Assembly (NCBI GenBank): GCA_965178085.1 | Contig: CBCXTS010000026.1 | Location: 90,205 to 154,204, forward strand | Direction: 5' to 3' | DNA: 64,000 nucleotides | Source of the DNA: Alphaproteobacteria bacterium | GTDB taxonomy: Bacteria; Pseudomonadota; Alphaproteobacteria; CBCXTS01 | Part shown: piece after piece, positions 40,076 through 50,199 of the stretch | How positions within the stretch are numbered: position 1 is the first letter of the stretch | Layout: the number at the start of each line of letters is the position of its first letter | The notes under the pieces: generated by a model | What the model was told of the DNA's origin: nothing | The model's database searches: none | What the model saw: the letters and a program-made list of their open reading frames with translations, nothing else | Made by a program: the position numbers and the translations under genes

Positions 40076-41680
40076 ATGCAGACGCAGATTATTTTTGCAC
40101 AATTTAAACAAGATTATCTTGCACCGCGATATGATGAAGGTCCAAACCAAGATCATGCTGACGATGACATCCTTGACATCATACGCTTCAATGACTTGCC
40201 CCATGATACAACTATCTTGAATTATCTGCGTGAATACAAACAACTAAAAGGCACAAAAGAAGGTTGCGGCGAGGGAGATTGTGGAGCGTGTACGGTAATA
40301 GTTTTGTCTCTTCAAGATAATCAACTTTGTTGGCAAGCCGTTAATAGTTGTATTTTATTGGTTGGTCAATTGCATGGTAAAATTTTGATTACGATTGAAG
40401 ATTTGTCAAAGCTTGTTCGTTTAGAAGACTTATCACTGCATCCGATACAATCTGCTATGGTAAAACATCATGGGTCACAATGTGGGTTTTGTACCCCTGG
40501 AATTGTAATGAGCTTGGCAGCATATTATCATGAATATGGGCATGCTACTCGTGATGGATTTGATGAGCAATTATCGGGCAATCTTTGTCGTTGTACGGGC
40601 TACAACCCGATCCTTAAAGCAGCAAAAGATGCATTTGAAAATGCACCAAATAAACGCCTTGCACCAAGATTGCAAAACGCATTGATGCAATGTTTGAGCA
40701 ATTTGCACCAAGGTGATGATGATTTATTTATCGATCAAACCCCAAGAAATGTCGACCCAGCAAATATCCACTTAGCAAATGCCCCTCAAACAAATGCTCT
40801 TGAAGAAGACATGCATTGCATCAAAGATAGTAAGCGGTTTTTTGCTGGTCCTTGTACCTTATCAAGCTTATTAGAATTATATCAATACCATCCAGATAGC
40901 GTATTGTTAAGTGGTGGAACAGATATAGGTTTATGGATTACAAAGCAATTGCGTGATTTGCCAAAAATAATATGGATTGGGCGCATTCAAGAACTTTCTA
41001 CTATTGAAGATAAAGGCGATTATGTTGATTTTGGTGCAGCTGTAACTTATGCAAATGCACAGCGTATTTTAGACACTATCCATCCATCTTTGGGAATATT
41101 GGTTAAGCGCATAGGTGGAGCGCAAATACGCTCTTATGGCACAATAGGGGGAAATATAGCCAACGGCTCTCCCATAGCTGATATGTCGCCAGCACTTATA
41201 GCGCTTGGCTGCACAATACGCTTGACATCAAATGCTAGTACGCGTGATCTAGATTTAGAAGATTTTTTTATCGAATATGCAAAACAAGACATCAATATTG
41301 GTGAAATTGTTGAGCGTGTTTTTATTGATAAACTTATATCAAAAGATCAACATTTTAGGGTATGGAAATTGTCCAAACGGCGCGATCAGGACATTGCAAC
41401 ATTGACGGGTGCCTTCAAGTTAAAACTTGATAAAAATTATATCATGCAAGCGCGTGTTGCTTTTGGTGGAATGGCAGCTACGCCTAAACGAGCATTGGCA
41501 TGTGAACGCGCTTTAATCGGGATAGATATTACTAAACCCAAGAATTGGCAAGCATCAATGATAGCATTGGAAAATGACTTTACACCGATTGATGACATGC
41601 GCTCAAATAAAGAATATCGTACACATGCTAGTCAAAATTTATTGCACAAATGTTTGATGGAAATATCAGCCAATGCATAA
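40076..41680 (+). CDS. xdhA: Xanthine dehydrogenase small (Fe-S/FAD) subunit
   Basis: GTKEGCGEGDCGACTV, QCGFCTPG, GNLCRCTGY, GGTD, TIGGNIANGSP. Confidence 0.94.
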   Translation: MQTQIIFAQFKQDYLAPRYDEGPNQDHADDDILDIIRFNDLPHDTTILNYLREYKQLKGTKEGCGEGDCGACTVIVLSLQDNQLCWQAVNSCILLVGQLHGKILITIEDLSKLVRLEDLSLHPIQSAMVKHHGSQCGFCTPGIVMSLAAYYHEYGHATRDGFDEQLSGNLCRCTGYNPILKAAKDAFENAPNKRLAPRLQNALMQCLSNLHQGDDDLFIDQTPRNVDPANIHLANAPQTNALEEDMHCIKDSKRFFAGPCTLSSLLELYQYHPDSVLLSGGTDIGLWITKQLRDLPKIIWIGRIQELSTIEDKGDYVDFGAAVTYANAQRILDTIHPSLGILVKRIGGAQIRSYGTIGGNIANGSPIADMSPALIALGCTIRLTSNASTRDLDLEDFFIEYAKQDINIGEIVERVFIDKLISKDQHFRVWKLSKRRDQDIATLTGAFKLKLDKNYIMQARVAFGGMAATPKRALACERALIGIDITKPKNWQASMIALENDFTPIDDMRSNKEYRTHASQNLLHKCLMEISANA

Positions 41681-44000
41681 AGCATCCAAGGACAATCATA
41701 ATCTAAGAGCAGATATTACTGGCTTTGGGTTGCCACATGATAGTGCACAAAAACATGTAACGGGTCTAGCATGTTATATTGATGATATTGAAACATCCCA
41801 AAACTGCATTCATTTAGCACCTTTTTATAGTAAAGCAACTTGCGGGACGATTAAGTCTATCGATCTTCAAGAAGCAATGAAACAAGAAGGCGTTGTTGAT
41901 ATTTTGCTAGCAAATGCGATACCTGGGGTCAATGATTGTAGTCCTTCAATAGGTGGAGATCCTATTTTAGCAGATGGAGAAATTTTGTTTCATGGGCAAG
42001 TAGTGGGTGTGGTGCTAGCAAAGTCACATTTACATGCAAGGCGTGCAGCGCGTTATGTACAAATTGTCATGGATAAAGCTGTTAAACCTCCTGCTGTTAC
42101 GATCGAAGAGGGGGTTGAGTCTCTTGAAGATATTTTACCACCTTATCGTTTTGAAAGAGGAGATGTAGATGGTGCATTGACTAATGCTACAAAGCAATTT
42201 TCAAGCAGCATGCGCGTTGGTGGGCAAGAGCATTTTTATCTTGAAGGACAAGTAGCACTTGCTATGCCTAAAGAAGATGGCAATATTTTGGTGTATTCTT
42301 CTACCCAGCACCCAGATGGAAATCAAAGAACCATAGCAGCGATGTTGAACCTGCCAATGGCTGCTGTTATTTGTGAATGCCGTCGAATGGGAGGCGCTTT
42401 TGGTGGTAAAGAATCACAATCATTTCAGTGGAGCTGTTTAGCAGCACTTGCAGCATATAAAACCGGTAGGATGGCAAAACTGCGCCTTGATCGTGATGAT
42501 GATATGATGATGACAGGCAAGCGGCATGATTTTAGGATTGATTATCGTGTATGCTACGATCATCAAGGTAAAATTGAAGCTGTATGTGCAGAGCTTTTAG
42601 GGCGTTGTGGATATTCGTTAGATCTATCTCAAGGTGTTATAGATCGGGCAATGTTTCATGCTGACAATGCTTATTTTTATCCGCAATTGAGAATTAGCTC
42701 AAGATTTGTGCGCACAAATACTGTCTCTAACACGGCCTTTAGAGGTTTTGGTGGCCCACAAGGTGTGATGTTGGCTGAACGGTTGATGGATAGCATTGCT
42801 ATTTTAGAAAACCAAGATCCTCTTGATATACGCTTGCGCAATTTATATGGTCCAAAGGGTGATGTTACACCATATGGCATGAAAGTGCGAGATCGTTTTG
42901 CTAAGCAGCTGATTTGTCAATTGGCCCAAGATTGCCACTATCGAAAGCGCCGCCAAGAAATTGGTGTTTTTAATTCTACCAGTCAAACGATGCTGCGCGG
43001 GATAGCGTTAACGCCTGTTAAATTTGGTATTAGCTTTACGTTAAAAAAACTCAATCAAGCTAGTGCTTTAGTGCATGTTTTTTCCGATGGTTCTATCGAA
43101 GTCAATCACGGTGGAACTGAGATGGGGCAGGGGTTGCATACAAAAATCATGCAAATTGTAGCGGATGTTTTTGGGGTTAAGGTTAGTTGTGTGCATATTG
43201 GCGCTACGCGTACAGATAAAGTAGCAAATGCTGCTCCTACTGCGGCCTCATCTGGTTTTGATTTAAACGGGATGGTTGCACAGCAAGCTGCAAAAGCTAT
43301 TTGTGCCAGATTGGCTAATTTGATGAGTAAATTATATCAAACAGATATTAAAAATATCAGTTTTAAAAATGGCATGGTTTACGCTGGAAAAAAAGCCATA
43401 CCATTTGCAGATTTAACGCTGCAAGCTGTGATGGATCGAGTTAGTTTGAGCCAAACGGCACATTATGCAACGCCTAAGATAACTTGGGAGCGCGATAAGG
43501 TAAAAGGGAGACCCTTTTTATATTTTGCATGGGGCGCTGCTGTTAGTGAGGTGCTTATTGATCGTTTAACTGGAGAGGTGTCGGTTGAACAGGTTGATAT
43601 TTTGCACGATGTAGGGTGCTCGGTTAATCCGGCTATTGATATTGGACAAATAGAAGGCGGGTTTGTGCAAGGGCAAGGCTGGTTAACAACTGAAGAACTT
43701 GTATATCATAATACAGGGCAGTTGTTGACACATGCACCATCTACTTATAAAATTCCAACATCGGCAGATATAGCAAAAAAATTTAATGTAAGGCTATGGG
43801 ATAAAAACTTTAACACAGAACCTGTTATATATCGTTCTAAGGCAGTTGGGGAGCCACCGTTAATGCTAGCTATATCTGTCTTTTCTGCTATTACGCATGC
43901 AATAGCAAGCTTGCAACCTAGAAAAGTACCCGTTCTTGATTCACCAGCAACACCGCATGCTATTTTAAGTGCTATCAATAGCCAGTTGGAAAAGCGTTAA
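41673..44000 (+). CDS. xdhB: Xanthine dehydrogenase molybdopterin-binding subunit
   Basis: QEHFYLE, RMGGAFGGKE, AFRGFGGPQG, GGTEMGQG, SKAVGEPP. Confidence 0.96.
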   Translation: MHKASKDNHNLRADITGFGLPHDSAQKHVTGLACYIDDIETSQNCIHLAPFYSKATCGTIKSIDLQEAMKQEGVVDILLANAIPGVNDCSPSIGGDPILADGEILFHGQVVGVVLAKSHLHARRAARYVQIVMDKAVKPPAVTIEEGVESLEDILPPYRFERGDVDGALTNATKQFSSSMRVGGQEHFYLEGQVALAMPKEDGNILVYSSTQHPDGNQRTIAAMLNLPMAAVICECRRMGGAFGGKESQSFQWSCLAALAAYKTGRMAKLRLDRDDDMMMTGKRHDFRIDYRVCYDHQGKIEAVCAELLGRCGYSLDLSQGVIDRAMFHADNAYFYPQLRISSRFVRTNTVSNTAFRGFGGPQGVMLAERLMDSIAILENQDPLDIRLRNLYGPKGDVTPYGMKVRDRFAKQLICQLAQDCHYRKRRQEIGVFNSTSQTMLRGIALTPVKFGISFTLKKLNQASALVHVFSDGSIEVNHGGTEMGQGLHTKIMQIVADVFGVKVSCVHIGATRTDKVANAAPTAASSGFDLNGMVAQQAAKAICARLANLMSKLYQTDIKNISFKNGMVYAGKKAIPFADLTLQAVMDRVSLSQTAHYATPKITWERDKVKGRPFLYFAWGAAVSEVLIDRLTGEVSVEQVDILHDVGCSVNPAIDIGQIEGGFVQGQGWLTTEELVYHNTGQLLTHAPSTYKIPTSADIAKKFNVRLWDKNFNTEPVIYRSKAVGEPPLMLAISVFSAITHAIASLQPRKVPVLDSPATPHAILSAINSQLEKR

Positions 44001-44007
44001 TAGCAAT

Positions 44008-45048
44008 ATGCAAGTATCTGCACGCGAGATATCCATCCCTTCAGCCAATATGCATTGGAGTCAATTGGAGGCAACGCTCATAGAGCAATCTGCTGCTGTT
44101 GTCACCATAGTGTCCACGCAAGGATCCACACCAAGGGAAATAGGTGCAACGATGATCATAACCGCTGATGGTAGTTTTCGCGGGTCAATAGGCGGAGGCA
44201 GTTTAGAATGGCAAGCATTAGGGCGCGCGCAAGCATTATTGAAACAGCAAAAACCAACAGCACAGATCATAGACTTTCAATTAGGCGCATCGCTTGGCCA
44301 ATGCTGTGGTGGGCGTGTTGGTGTATTATTTGAAACATTTGATCAAGAGCGCCTTGATGAGGTAATAGAGTTTGCAAGATTAGAAAAGGAAAGTGCATTA
44401 ATTGTTGAATCTATCATTGATGATAAGATGGTTAAGCGGCGTATTATTGATGCAAATGTTTATAGTTTTGTATCAAAACGAGGCTTGCAAAAAGATCAAA
44501 AGTTAATAGAGATATTTAACTTTCCTAAACAAAGGCTTGATCTTTTTGGTGCTGGACATGTTGGAAAAGCTTTGATTATAGCATTAGCGCAGCTTGATTT
44601 TTCTATATGTTGGATTGATCAACGTGAAGATGCTTTTCCACAACATGTACCTGCAAATGTTACGATTAAAGTAGCATCTGATCCATGCAGTTTAATGGTA
44701 AATATGTCACAAAATAATGACATAACCAAAGATAGTAGCATGATGATGGGGAACGCTATGGCTGTTGTTATGACGCATTTACATGCTCTTGATTATGATT
44801 TAGTTTCTAGCGCTTTGCAGCAACCAGATTATGCATGGGTTGGATTGATAGGATCAAAAACAAAACAAAAACGCTTTGAACATAAACTGAACCAACATGG
44901 TATAGAGCAAGTGATGTTAGAGAAGTTTTGTTGTCCTATTGGTTTTTGTGCTTTAAAGGGACGACAGCCTGCAGTTATTGCTGCTAATATAGCAACGCAG
45001 TTATTGTTGCAAAGAGAGCATATATTGACCCGTTTATGTCAATGTTGA
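44008..45048 (+). CDS. xdhC: Xanthine dehydrogenase accessory protein
   Basis: GSTPRE.GA.M, LGQCCGG, FGAGHVG, GLIGS; start could also be 44050. Confidence 0.92.
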   Translation: MQVSAREISIPSANMHWSQLEATLIEQSAAVVTIVSTQGSTPREIGATMIITADGSFRGSIGGGSLEWQALGRAQALLKQQKPTAQIIDFQLGASLGQCCGGRVGVLFETFDQERLDEVIEFARLEKESALIVESIIDDKMVKRRIIDANVYSFVSKRGLQKDQKLIEIFNFPKQRLDLFGAGHVGKALIIALAQLDFSICWIDQREDAFPQHVPANVTIKVASDPCSLMVNMSQNNDITKDSSMMMGNAMAVVMTHLHALDYDLVSSALQQPDYAWVGLIGSKTKQKRFEHKLNQHGIEQVMLEKFCCPIGFCALKGRQPAVIAANIATQLLLQREHILTRLCQC

Positions 45049-45080
45049 ACAATGTTTAGAACTCAAAGAGTTTGACGGCC

Positions 45081-46610
45081 ATGACAAAGAAAATTTTACT
45101 TGAAGCTCAAAATCTCATGAAAAGCTTTGGCGATTTTAAAGCAAATGACGATATTAGCCTAACGATTTACGCACAAGAAATACACGCACTGTTAGGTGAA
45201 AACGGTGCAGGAAAATCGACATTTGTTAAAATGCTTTATGGGCTTTTACACCCAGATCAAGGTAGAATACTATTCAATGGAGAGGTCCATCATATTAAAG
45301 ATCCTGCATATGCAAGAAAACTTGGCATTGCCATGGTTTTTCAGCATTTTTCGCTATTTGATGCTTTAAATGTATCAGAAAACATTGCCCTTGCTCTTGA
45401 TCATCATCAAGAGCGTGAAGTTTTAGACCAACAAATACGAAAGGTGTCTAAAAAATATGGACTTGCAGTTGAACCTGATGCCTTAATTTTTGATCTTTCA
45501 GCGGGCGAGCGTCAAAGGGTTGAAATAATACGATGTTTATTACAAAATCCAAAGCTTATTATTATGGATGAACCCACATCTGTTTTAACACCTCAAGAAG
45601 CTAATCAATTATTTGTAACACTCAAGCAACTAACAGATGAAGGCTGTGCTATCCTTTACATTTCGCACAGGCTTGAAGAAATAAAAGCATTGTGCCACCA
45701 TGCAACTATTTTACGCTATGGTAAAAAAATTATACAATGCAATCCATTGACAAAAACTGTATCAGAATTAGCCGCATTAATGGTTGGAAAAGAGATACAT
45801 GTAGCAAAAGCCAAATCAACACCCACACAAGTTCAATCAAAAGTGGCCTGCTTGCAAGTGCAAGATTTATCTATAGCAAATGACAATATATTTGGAATAT
45901 CCTTGCAAGAAATTAATTTGGTGGTTGAGGCAGGCCAAATTGTTGCGATTGCAGGGATTGCAGGTAATGGTCAATCAGAGTTATTTGATGTTTTAAGTGG
46001 AGAAGTATTCATTGATGATCATGATGGCATCAAAATTCATGGGCAATCAGTTGGAAGGATGGATATTTCAATGCGCAGATGCCTTAGCGCTGCTTTTGTA
46101 CCCGAGGAGCGTATCGGACACGCAACAGTGCCATCAATGACTTTGTCTGAGAATGTTTTGTTAACGCGCCATAGGACAGATCAACAATTAGCACCTATGG
46201 GAATAATTAACCATGGTGAAGCACTCAAGATTAGCAATAATATTATTGATGAATATGATGTTCGGACTTCATCTAGTAATCCAGAAGCTTCCAAATTATC
46301 GGGAGGTAATTTACAAAAATTTATCATAGGAAGAGAATTAAGTCGTAATCCTAGCCTAGTGATTATTAACCAACCAAGTTGGGGGGTTGATGCAGGCGCA
46401 GCTGCTAACATTAAACAAGCTTTGATTGATCTTGCAGGTAAAGGTGCAGGGGTATTGGTGATTAGTCAAGATTTGGATGAAATATTTGAAATTGCTGATG
46501 TGGTAAAGGTTTTATCGCGAGGGCGCTTATCCAAAAGCCAGAATATAGCAGGTTTAACACGCGAAAAAATTGGGTTGCTCATGGGAGGGGTTGACCATGA
46601 TGTTGCATAA
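45081..46610 (+). CDS. Purine/nucleoside ABC transporter ATP-binding protein (two NBDs)
   Basis: GENGAGKST, DEPTSVL, LSGGNLQK; lies within the purine catabolism cluster. Confidence 0.9.
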   Translation: MTKKILLEAQNLMKSFGDFKANDDISLTIYAQEIHALLGENGAGKSTFVKMLYGLLHPDQGRILFNGEVHHIKDPAYARKLGIAMVFQHFSLFDALNVSENIALALDHHQEREVLDQQIRKVSKKYGLAVEPDALIFDLSAGERQRVEIIRCLLQNPKLIIMDEPTSVLTPQEANQLFVTLKQLTDEGCAILYISHRLEEIKALCHHATILRYGKKIIQCNPLTKTVSELAALMVGKEIHVAKAKSTPTQVQSKVACLQVQDLSIANDNIFGISLQEINLVVEAGQIVAIAGIAGNGQSELFDVLSGEVFIDDHDGIKIHGQSVGRMDISMRRCLSAAFVPEERIGHATVPSMTLSENVLLTRHRTDQQLAPMGIINHGEALKISNNIIDEYDVRTSSSNPEASKLSGGNLQKFIIGRELSRNPSLVIINQPSWGVDAGAAANIKQALIDLAGKGAGVLVISQDLDEIFEIADVVKVLSRGRLSKSQNIAGLTREKIGLLMGGVDHDVA

Positions 46611-46622
46611 AACGGTGAAGTC

Positions 46623-47693
46623 ATGCGCTTGATATTAGAAAAACGCACGCACGCAGCTCAATATATGTATTGGGCTTCTCCTTTATTAGCGATCAGTTTG
46701 ACGATGCTATGTGGTTTTGTTTTATTTGGTATGAGCGGGCACAATCCATTTTCTGGCGTTTTTGTTTATTTTATAGAACCTTTAACCAATAGCTGGTCGC
46801 TTGCAGCGCTTGCAGTCAAGGCGATGCCTTTAATATTAATTGCATTGGGTTTATCGGTTTGCTTTAAGGCAAATGTATGGAATATAGGCGCTGAAGGTCA
46901 ATTAGTTGTTGGGGCAATATTTGGCAGTATTGTTCCTATTATATTCAATCAATGGCAAAGTCCATTGACATTGCTTACGATACTATTGCTTGGAGCGTTT
47001 GGGGGGGCTTTATTTGCTAGTATTCCAGCGTTTCTTAAGATACGCTTTAATGTTAATGAAATTTTAACAAGCTTAATGTTGGTTTATGTTGCACAATTGC
47101 TATTAGATTGGATAGTACGCGGTCCCTGGCGTGATCCAGATGGATTTAATTTTCCTCAAACAATAAGTTTTGAAGGCTGGCAGAGATTGCCAACTATTGG
47201 AGATAACGGCCTGCATGTGGGTGTTGTCGTGGTGTTATGTCTTGTAGTAGTTTTTTGGCTACTTGTTACAAAAACCAGAAAAGGGTTTGAGGTTTCAATT
47301 ACGGGTAAGGCATGGAAAGCTGCTGCTTTTGCTGGGTTTAATGGGCAAAAAATGGTTATGTTTTGCTTTTTGCTCTCAGGGGCATGCGCGGGACTTGCAG
47401 GTGTTATGGAAGTGGTAGGATCTTTTGGAAAGCTGCAACCTGTTATATCACCTGGATATGGTTTTACAGCTATCATTGTAGCGTTTTTAGGTAGGCTACA
47501 TCCTCTTGGTATATTGTTCGCAGCCTTTATACTTGCTATTAGTTATATAGGCGGAGAAGGAGCACAAATTGTTTTAGGAGTGTCGAGTAAAACAGCGCAA
47601 GTTTTTCAAGGTTTGTTACTGTTTTTTATTCTGGCAGGGGATACTTTTATTTATTATCGCTTAAAACTAATACATATTAAAGCAAAAGATTAA
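46623..47693 (+). CDS. Purine/nucleoside ABC transporter permease
   Basis: NIGAEGQ, NEILTSLML, GYGFTAIIVAFLG. Confidence 0.9.
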   Translation: MRLILEKRTHAAQYMYWASPLLAISLTMLCGFVLFGMSGHNPFSGVFVYFIEPLTNSWSLAALAVKAMPLILIALGLSVCFKANVWNIGAEGQLVVGAIFGSIVPIIFNQWQSPLTLLTILLLGAFGGALFASIPAFLKIRFNVNEILTSLMLVYVAQLLLDWIVRGPWRDPDGFNFPQTISFEGWQRLPTIGDNGLHVGVVVVLCLVVVFWLLVTKTRKGFEVSITGKAWKAAAFAGFNGQKMVMFCFLLSGACAGLAGVMEVVGSFGKLQPVISPGYGFTAIIVAFLGRLHPLGILFAAFILAISYIGGEGAQIVLGVSSKTAQVFQGLLLFFILAGDTFIYYRLKLIHIKAKD

Positions 47694-47720
47694 AGCAAGA
47701 GAATATTTTTAGAAAGGCTG

Positions 47721-48647
47721 ATGATGATTAACATTATTGAAGCTATAATACTTACAGTGATGGCAGCATCAACACCTATTTTATTAGCATCAATAGGCGA
47801 ATTAGTGGTTGAACGCGCTGGTGTTTTAAATCTAGGTGTAGAGGGGATGATGATCATTGGCGCTGTTTGCGCTTTTATAGCAGCATATACCACTGGCATT
47901 GTGTGGGTAGGTGTTATTGGAGGACTTTTAGGTGGAATCGGTTTGTCATGTATTTTTGCTTTGTTAACGCAAAAATTATTAACAAATCAAGTTGCAAGCG
48001 GACTATCATTGACGCTACTTGGGTTAGGATTATCAGGGCAGTTGGGTGATCGCTTTACTGGATTGCCAGGCATCAAAATGCCAGAAATATACATTCCATT
48101 TCTAAGCGATATTCCGTTGATAGGGGCTATTATATTTGGTCAAAATTTTTTGGTTTACCTTTCGTTTTTTCTTATAGCTTTTGTAGGCTATGTGTTATTT
48201 AAAACAAAGCTTGGTTTAATGATTCGAGCAGTAGGTGACAATCATTCCTCAGCGCACGCCCTGGGATATAATGTCATCATGATAAGAACTGGTTGCATTA
48301 TATTTGGAGGAGGATGCGCTGGTCTTGCTGGAGCTTATTTGTCGCTTGTATATACGCCACAATGGATTGACAATATGTCTGCAGGCAGAGGGTGGATTGC
48401 CATTGCTCTTGTGGTGTTTGCAACGTGGTTGCCAAAGCGTTTATTATTCGGGGCGTATTTATTTGGAATGGTTTGGGTGTTAGGCTTGCATGTGCAAGGT
48501 TGGGGCTTATCTGCGCCGCCGCAACTTTTAGCTGCATTGCCATATCTGGTAACAATTGTAGCACTGGTCATTATCTCACGAAATAGAACATTATCAAAAA
48601 TGCATACGCCTGCTTGTATAGGGCAAAATTTTATAGCAGAACGCTAA
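47721..48647 (+). CDS. Purine/nucleoside ABC transporter permease
   Basis: ERAGVLNLGVEGMM, GRGWIAIALV. Confidence 0.9.
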   Translation: MMINIIEAIILTVMAASTPILLASIGELVVERAGVLNLGVEGMMIIGAVCAFIAAYTTGIVWVGVIGGLLGGIGLSCIFALLTQKLLTNQVASGLSLTLLGLGLSGQLGDRFTGLPGIKMPEIYIPFLSDIPLIGAIIFGQNFLVYLSFFLIAFVGYVLFKTKLGLMIRAVGDNHSSAHALGYNVIMIRTGCIIFGGGCAGLAGAYLSLVYTPQWIDNMSAGRGWIAIALVVFATWLPKRLLFGAYLFGMVWVLGLHVQGWGLSAPPQLLAALPYLVTIVALVIISRNRTLSKMHTPACIGQNFIAER

Positions 48648-48794
48648 AAGCTATATTGTAGGAAATACACAAATAGTTATTTTATAGTTGCATCTTGGAT
48701 CAGATGTGTTTTTAGTATAGATCTAAATTTGATTTGATCAATTTTATATTGGATAGAATGATATCTTTTAAATATTTTATATAGAGGAACTCTG

Positions 48795-49865
48795 ATGAAA
48801 AATGTTTATAAATTATTACTTGTTGGTGTATTTGCCATTGTTAGTATGATGCCAGCTGCCGCCGCCGAAAGGATAAAGGTTGGATTTATATATATAGGAC
48901 CAATTGGAGATCATGGTTGGACATATCAACATGACCAAGGTCGCCTTGCGCTTGAAGAAGCTTTGGGCAATCAAGTAGAAACGGTTTATGTTGAAAAAGT
49001 TGCCGAAGGCCCTGATTCAGCGCGTACAATGACCAGATTAGCACAAGCAGACGCTGACATTATCTTCACCACTTCTTTTGGATATATGGATCCAACACTT
49101 CAAGTGGCAAAGCGCTTCAATGATATTAAATTTGAGCATGCTACTGGGTTTAAGCGTAGCGACAACGTATCAACATATTCTGCAAGGTTTTATGAAGGGC
49201 GTTATATTATAGGACAAATTGCAGGACTTACTTCTAAAAAGGGTGTAGCAGGATATATAGCGTCTTTTCCAATTCCAGAAGTGATACGAGGCATTAATGC
49301 TTTTTTGCTGGGCGCACAATCGGTTAATCCTGATTTCAAACTTAAGATAGTTTGGATTAGTTCATGGTTTGATCCAGGTAAAGAAGCCGATGCTGCCAAG
49401 GTTTTAATTAGCCAAGGAGCTGATGTTTTGACACAACACACTGATTCTACTGCGCCGTTACAAATTGCTCAAGATCATGGAGTATTTGGTTTTGGACAAG
49501 CATCAGATATGCATGCATTTGCTCCAGATGCGCAAATGACTGCTATTACTAATAATTGGGGTCCTTATTATATAGAGCGTGTTCAGGCTGTTTTGGATGG
49601 AACATGGCAATCTAGTGATAGCTGGGATGGTTTGGATGCAGGTATGGTAAAAATGGCACCTTATCAAAATATGCCAAATGACGTTGCCGACATGGCGCGC
49701 GCTACAGAAAAAGCCATTGCAGATGGAACACTTAAGCCATTTGCTGGGCCAATTTATAAACAAGATGGTTCTCTTGTGGTTGACGAAGGAGAAGAGCTTG
49801 ATGATGGCGCGCTATTAGGTATGAATTGGTATGTTCAAGGCATTGATGGAGAAGTGCCCAAATAG
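48795..49865 (+). CDS. BMP family ABC transporter substrate-binding protein (purine-binding)
   Basis: Signal peptide; D.GWTY.HD, TTSFGY, IPEV.RGINAF, QHTDS. Confidence 0.9.
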   Translation: MKNVYKLLLVGVFAIVSMMPAAAAERIKVGFIYIGPIGDHGWTYQHDQGRLALEEALGNQVETVYVEKVAEGPDSARTMTRLAQADADIIFTTSFGYMDPTLQVAKRFNDIKFEHATGFKRSDNVSTYSARFYEGRYIIGQIAGLTSKKGVAGYIASFPIPEVIRGINAFLLGAQSVNPDFKLKIVWISSWFDPGKEADAAKVLISQGADVLTQHTDSTAPLQIAQDHGVFGFGQASDMHAFAPDAQMTAITNNWGPYYIERVQAVLDGTWQSSDSWDGLDAGMVKMAPYQNMPNDVADMARATEKAIADGTLKPFAGPIYKQDGSLVVDEGEELDDGALLGMNWYVQGIDGEVPK

Positions 49866-49917
49866 AGTTGTGTACTCTTTTGAGTAGTAGATTTGATATC
49901 TAATATGTTAAAAAATC

Positions 49918-49974
49918 AATCCTAAATTAAATTTGCAAGCTGTAATGCTATAGCTAGCAATTTAATTTAGGATT
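49918..49974. terminator. Long inverted repeat after the BMP gene (terminator or mRNA-stabilising hairpin)
   Basis: Perfect 16-bp arms AATCCTAAATTAAATT / AATTTAATTTAGGATT plus inner GCAAGCTGTA/TATAGCTAGC pairing around an ATGC loop. Confidence 0.6.
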
Positions 49975-50150
49975 AATATCTCTCAAGCTAATAATCATAA
50001 AAGCAGGTACTTTGCTAGTTGTTGTATCAGATCACAGATGGCTGCATCCTTGGATATTTTTGGTTTTGGGCTGCTTGAAATCTGGTGGCTAGAGTTTTAA
50101 GATTGCAATTAGAATGTTGAGGTTGTTTGCAGTTGCAATGACATATTGAT

Positions 50151-50190
50151 AGCGTATTTATATTTTAAGCGTATTTATATTTTAAGCGTA
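50151..50190 (+). repeat. 17-bp tandem duplication AGCGTATTTATATTTTA (two full copies plus a partial) just upstream of puuD
   Basis: Read directly. Confidence 0.9.
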
Positions 50191-50199
50191 GTTTATTTG

